DNA of 64,000 bases from Amphiscolops sp. MND2022 (Eukaryota). The stretch covers positions 43,712,001 through 43,776,000 of the forward strand of contig OZ076409.1 in NCBI GenBank assembly GCA_964187785.1, given 5' to 3'. Under the pieces are notes generated by a model. That model did not search any database. It had not been told where the DNA came from and saw only the letters and a program-made list of their open reading frames with translations. The translations under genes and the position numbers were made by a program. Positions 59,601 through 64,000 of this stretch are shown here, in pieces. Each line of letters begins with the position of its first letter. The stretch's first letter is position 1.

Positions 59601-60945
59601 ATGCTATAATATCAACCACCAAGAACCCACCGGGGAAGCGCGAATAGATGAGCGTGCGTCGCTCGTTGTCTCCTTTGTGGTGCCACATGCGGCACCTATC
59701 CCACTGCGAGGCCTGGTGGACACTGGTTCTGGAGTATCAATACTGACCTTCTCCGCCTTCAACCGGGTAGCTGCGCGGACCGGAGCGGTCCTGAAACCCT
59801 ATCAAATTGATTTGTACGCTGCCAATGGGAAGACAATAAAGACTTTTGGACTGGCTGAGCAGATACGCTTCCAGTTGGGAGGGTATGAACTCGAAACCAA
59901 TTTTGTCGTGGTAGATGACGCAATGGGCGTGGAGGACTTTCTGTTGGGTCGAAACTTCCTTCGTTCCTACCAAGTCTTGGTAGATCTGACCTCCATGAAG
60001 ATAGTGGTGCGAGCACCAGTGAAGCCCGTCTGGCATCATGCACACACCCAGGTAGGTGATGCTTCACTAACTACCCCCATTGCTCTGGACAGTGACTTAG
60101 TCCTACAGCCTTTCGAGCGTACAGTGGCAAAGGCCAAACTTATCACCAACGCGCTTGAACCATTAATCTTTCAGATCGTGGCGCTTAACGCCTCGTTGTC
60201 TGATCCCTCATTGCAAAATACCATCTTTTTAGAGGACAGCGTGGCCACTGTCAGTGAGACAGGAACACTGTATGTGAGCCTGGTAAACCTCACCAGCAAC
60301 CAGCAGCGTGTACGATGTGGTGCCCACCTAGGCACGGTAGTGCCTGTGTCTCTAGTATACCAGGCTGTGCCCCAAAAGCTGGATGCTACAGCGGAAACTG
60401 ACCACAAAACTGAAGCCGACAACAGTCGAGCAAATTTTGTTTATAAAGTGTACAGTGAAATGAATCTATCTACTGCTTCTGAGTTAACCTCTTCATCTGA
60501 ATTTGAGTTTTTGTCTTCTACGGATCCAAGTGATGCGGGGCTTTCGGAGCGCGAGATTCGCAAGCGCGTCGATCCCGACCTATTGGCCCCGATCCCTGGG
60601 CCCGATTCTCAATTGCAAGAAGTCAAGAAACTCTGGGGCGCTAGCGCCTGCGAGTCCTTAGACAACATTCTTAACGAGTTTGATGACCTGTTCATGAAAC
60701 GCAAAGCGGATATTGGCCGCTGTACCATTGCTAAACACACCATAGAGGTAGAGCCTGAGGCTGTACCGCACCGTGAAGGTGCTCGAAGAATGTCCCCCGA
60801 AAAGGCTGAACGAGCCAACCAGGAGGTTCGGAGCTTATTAGCCTTAGGGATGATACAACCTTCACTGTCCCCATGGGCAAGCGGTATCGTAATGGTAAAA
60901 AAGAAAGCGGGGAGTTGCGCTTTTGCTGTGACTTCCGACCGCTGA
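56629..60945 (+). CDS. gag-pol: Gag-protease-start of RT of element D (single frame)
   Basis: CYNCGQAGHFARDC knuckle, LVDTGSG protease, SPWASGIVMV RT start. The frame shifts at ~60906. Confidence 0.9.
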   Translation: MATEPMAVSHTGSQSWVTIEGSCFSDNMSDEVTIEQQRKEELAAMVPPSENSSTSANSRRTEQWVDETCRDRANEVEEGWPNSNMTDELAAEEGCSRAPPAGEIQLGSQTDIEQDLTYVGGMSYARQRGLGTTRGPTRVCAYGKHKKVRPPLLQVGEPRQEASRVRSMTGSLASSQRSSVYKAALLDAQAETQRALAGLASTRAECNEQHLAIVENIKMMQTTMREGLQVSDQLRTAQNVQTARVDTLGHRIGEMNDTLMSRELRVETQINDLSNQMHTVLNAIEVMRRERSLPRQSSASGGVRSGGTVRVSEPTCPSQVVKSELPSALKPSTSSPAVPVTRKDEGVAGNLVTAMPEAERKPARVQMRGHHDSAESSMPSATQSTTRDQGVDPMSTIYLDSSVEVDPSSTKATLGSQTEGAMFATAPVSMPGPDSLYWTADLSAEHGLPSGTPCASSTRKKDEIADLSIQATLGSHDRTREEEAKADEGEAISPEQLRFTAAISKAMSKELAPLLAGRDLAQARPNVYRGSKEGSIDGWILIMQRYLKRTQAKVSAEDQAWSIIGHLEGEARNYIINKAESERDTPEKVFELLSSRFGAGGNRMQVRQAFQSRIQQEKEDWMQYLDALEGLRSQGFPQEAITTKRYEILQRFMEGVRDPALRRELAIVYASEVFLTEPPTVESLRFTTRQLQRNRPKPNQFPQPYDPRLAMRSRPHPFAPLPPNKMVLPQGVMPPPPASNAPNQAAVQPAARLPVGACYNCGQAGHFARDCPARDQARKPVPAPEPEGVKVTAEDVTDGVLESYPSIHQCAHCGVYDHVDVPCGEHSQAPRPNDELAYNRWAEVESAGVAAHTVPLDDDRVLMLHPAEPPAFHPPLIVTCGTKQIQTCLEPTTFDPQGRTLISIHLMLAAEQVRRPTLTLAKLWVELSVLYNRMELPRPKQWHVPGESETLTTYSPVPVCATMDGVDVKFEACVVVDVFPPGLCLGPQELKCYNINHQEPTGEARIDERASLVVSFVVPHAAPIPLRGLVDTGSGVSILTFSAFNRVAARTGAVLKPYQIDLYAANGKTIKTFGLAEQIRFQLGGYELETNFVVVDDAMGVEDFLLGRNFLRSYQVLVDLTSMKIVVRAPVKPVWHHAHTQVGDASLTTPIALDSDLVLQPFERTVAKAKLITNALEPLIFQIVALNASLSDPSLQNTIFLEDSVATVSETGTLYVSLVNLTSNQQRVRCGAHLGTVVPVSLVYQAVPQKLDATAETDHKTEADNSRANFVYKVYSEMNLSTASELTSSSEFEFLSSTDPSDAGLSEREIRKRVDPDLLAPIPGPDSQLQEVKKLWGASACESLDNILNEFDDLFMKRKADIGRCTIAKHTIEVEPEAVPHREGARRMSPEKAERANQEVRSLLALGMIQPSLSPWASGIVMVKKKAGSCAFAVTSDR

Positions 60946-63900
60946 ATGAGGTAACCATTAAGGATGCCTATCCTTTGCCCCGTATCGATGAAAGCCTGGC
61001 ACGACTGGGAAATGCAAAGATCTACACCAGCATAGACCTTGCCTGGGCTTTCTGGCAAATTCCCTTGCGAAAGGCGGACCGCCACAAAACAGCCTTTGCC
61101 TGTGAGTTGGGACTCTTTGAATGGCGAAGAATGCCATTTGGCTTGTGCAATGCATCAGCCACTTTCCAGCGAGCAATAGCGCGAGCGCTGCAAAAAATAG
61201 TCAATCGCAAAGGCAGCATGGTCATGGCATACATCGACGACATAGTTATCGCAACTGAGACTGTGGAGGATCACATGGCGCGCTTGCGCGAGGTTTTTGA
61301 GTGCCTCCGCGAAGCTGGCTTCAAGATGCGCGTAGCCAAATGCGACTTCATGAAACCAGAAATCAAATATCTGGGACGCGTGGTCTCAGCAGAAGGTGTC
61401 AAACCGGACCCGAAAGCTGTTGCCAAACTGCGCGATTGGGACATTCCCCGCAACAAAACTGAAATGCAAAGCTTCCTGGGATTCGCTAACTATTATCGCG
61501 AATTCATCCCATGGCATGCCAAGCTGGTAGCCCCCCTCCACGCCGTTACGGGACTGAATGCCACATTCGCATGGGGTCCTGACCAACAAAAAGCCTTCAA
61601 CGAAGTCAAGACAGCATTGATCGAGGCGACTGCGCTCGCGCAGCCTGATTCCGAAGGAGAGTTCGTGCTGGACACCGATGCCAGCGCTGTTGCCATTTCC
61701 GGTATCCTACACCAATGGCAAGGAGCTCCCGGAGAACGACGCCTACGACCAATCATGTACGGCAGCAAGAAACTGACCACCACCCAAGCCAAATATGGGG
61801 CACCCAAGCTGGAGATGTTTGCTGCCTACTACTTTATCCTCAAGTACCACAGCTACCTTTGTCACCGCAAGTTCACCCTGACAGACGACAACCAAGCCCT
61901 ATCCTGGTTGAAAACCTACTCCACGGACCAAGCATTGATTGGACGTTGGATTATGACACTGGACAGGTATCACTTTCGCGTGGAACATAGACCACGAACG
62001 CAGCACCGCAATGCCGATGGCTTGAGCAAACGAACCAATGAATATCGATGCCGAGAACAGCAGCTTGCGCAGCTGCCAGCTAGTGGAGAGCGTTGGAACT
62101 TCCTCTCTGCCGAGGAATTCGATAACCTCCCCATAGCCCCATGGTTCGACCTGCAAGGTCGAATCATTCCAAATCACCCTGACCTACCACCGCATCTGCA
62201 GAACTTGGAGCCTAAGGCTCCTGACCAGGCACTCCGTGTGCTTCGCCGTGTGCAACGTGCGAACAAACGAAAACGACAGGCGGAGGCGTTAGCCGCGCCT
62301 TTACCGCCTCAGCCTCCACCCGTGTTGCAAAAGCACGAAGACTTCTACCCAGACTATCCTGAAGACTGGATAGATGTCACCACTGAGGCCAGCGAGGATT
62401 ACCTACTACCAACACATGCAGTAAATGTCCCCTCGCGCACCATCTATTCTGTGACGGAAACGAGTAACGCTATGCTACAGAATTCTCCTGGTGGCGTGCG
62501 CGAGTCGATCATGGCTCTCAAGGATATCGACACCGAGCTCCATGAACACACACACACCGTGCATGGGATCAAGGACTTGGTTTTAGCCCAAAACCGCGAT
62601 GTCCATGTGCTAGCATTGAAAAAGCTCGTGCAGTGTGAGTCCGTGTTTCCCGACAACGTGCGCGAGTTCGCACGAAATTACTTCCGCCAGAAAAAGGATC
62701 TCTTGTTCATAAACAAGAATCATGTCCTTTGCGTTCAATACTCCCCCACCCAACGCCCACTGCACGAACGTCCGTGCATGATTATAATGCCTCAATTGTA
62801 CCAGCACGAGATTCTGTTCCGTGCACACGACGCAATGGGACACCAAGGCATCTCAAAGGTGGTAGCTCGAATTCAAGAGCGCCACACTTGGCCCGGCATA
62901 AGGCGCAGCGTCGGTCGGTACGTCGGCCAATGCCTCACCTGCCAACAAGTACGTGACAAGCCTGGCGACGTACGATTCCAACTGAAAAACATTCAGAGTG
63001 GCTACTTCAACGAGTTGGTCCAATATGACCACTTAAAAATTTGCCCCTCTGATGACAACAACACCGGCATTTTGGTCATCATTGACCATTTCTCTAAATT
63101 TGCAGAGGCAGTCCCTTGTAGTCATCATGACTATGACGCAGTGACTACCTCACGATTGCTGCTGCAGAAACGGTTTGCCCGCCACGGCACCCCCACTCGC
63201 ATGCAATCCGACAATGCCCCCAACCTTACTGCTGAAGTCTCTAATGAGTTTCTAAAGGCAGCTCACGTCACTAAAGTGACCTCCACTGCCGGACATCCAC
63301 GAACTCAAGGCTTGGTGGAACGACAAAACCGTACCCTCTTAACCTTGTTGCGAGTCTTTTGCTCACGTCGCATGCGCGACTGGGACCAGTGCTTAGATGA
63401 AGTGATCGGTGCCTATAATTCCACCAGGCACGCCACTACAGGCTTCTCGCCCTACATGTTAACAAGGGGTGTTGAGAAAGCAATTCCCCTCACCTTTTTA
63501 TACCCTGAATTTGCAGCCAAGTCCTTCGATACGCATGAAGCATACGTGGATCATGTGTTGGCTCGCCAACAAGAAATTCACGACTTGGTTCGGCGCAACA
63601 CGCACCAAGCCCAATTGCGCCAAAAACTGAAATATGATCGTGCTATCCGCGCACGAGCTTACCAGCCGGGAGAGCTCGTCTGGGTTTTTTGCCGCTACGT
63701 GCCGCAAAAAGGCTCTCCAAAATTGATGCGCGCCTGGCGTGGCCCGCACAAAATAGTGCAAGTTTTTCAAGAAGAACGTGTCTATGTATTGGACACAGGC
63801 CAAAAGGTTCATTTTGAGCGCCTGAAACCTCATAATAGTGGGCCCCTTGAGCTCGCCACCGCGCAAGCGGACAGCGGCGAAATCGTGGTACTCATGGACC

Positions 63901-64000
63901 CTGATCCTGAACGTTCTATTGAAGCAGTTGACGACGACAAGTCCCAGCCTTCATATAAAACTGAACAACTACTTTCAGAAGCATCTGACGTATCCTTGCC
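60906..64000 (+). CDS. pol: RT-RNase H-integrase of element D, after an apparent 1-nt deletion; spot-checked motifs stay in frame to the window end
   Basis: GELRFCCDFRPLN, YIDD (61230), DTDAS, NADGLS, HDAMGH...CLTC, SDNAPNL, ERQNRTL and WRGPH are all in one frame. Confidence 0.9.

Larger units (their letters stand above)
53192..64000 (+). mobile_element. Ty3/Gypsy LTR retrotransposon D, continues past the window end
   Basis: 5' LTR, PBS, ~2.7 kb leader and fused gag-pol. Confidence 0.92.

Noticed and set aside
60609..63866. Short minus-strand and alternate-frame ORFs over pol D
   Set aside because: Shadows of the pol reading frame.

Overview
Eukaryotic (metazoan, AT-rich, spliceosomal introns) genomic DNA dominated by Ty3/Gypsy LTR retrotransposons. 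The start holds two TA-flanked MITE copies and the last four coding exons of a host tektin-like gene (CCDC105/TEKTL1, +, 1703-4120). Element A (-, 5512 to >=21560; its 5' end lies in an N-gap) has LTR repeats of >=2.1 kb. Its gag starts inside the LTR and joins pol by a -1 frameshift, and a 5.4 kb 3' region carries a 292-aa sense ORF and a divergent six-exon antisense gene for a ~1070-aa zinc-finger protein. Element B (+, 29357-43923, TTAAT TSD, 3.3 kb LTRs with a 29-bp tandem array) has a TARG1/OARD1-type macrodomain in Pol between RNase H and integrase. Element C (-, 46069-53191) is non-autonomous and encodes a Gag-related protein with three AT-hook-like motifs. Related element D (+, 53192 to past the window end) is inserted in opposite orientation into C's 5' LTR; its Gag-Pol appears to carry a duplicated protease-like domain. 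Small MITE/HINE-like repeats and a 102-bp palindrome lie between the elements. All domain calls come from reading motifs by eye; no search was run.
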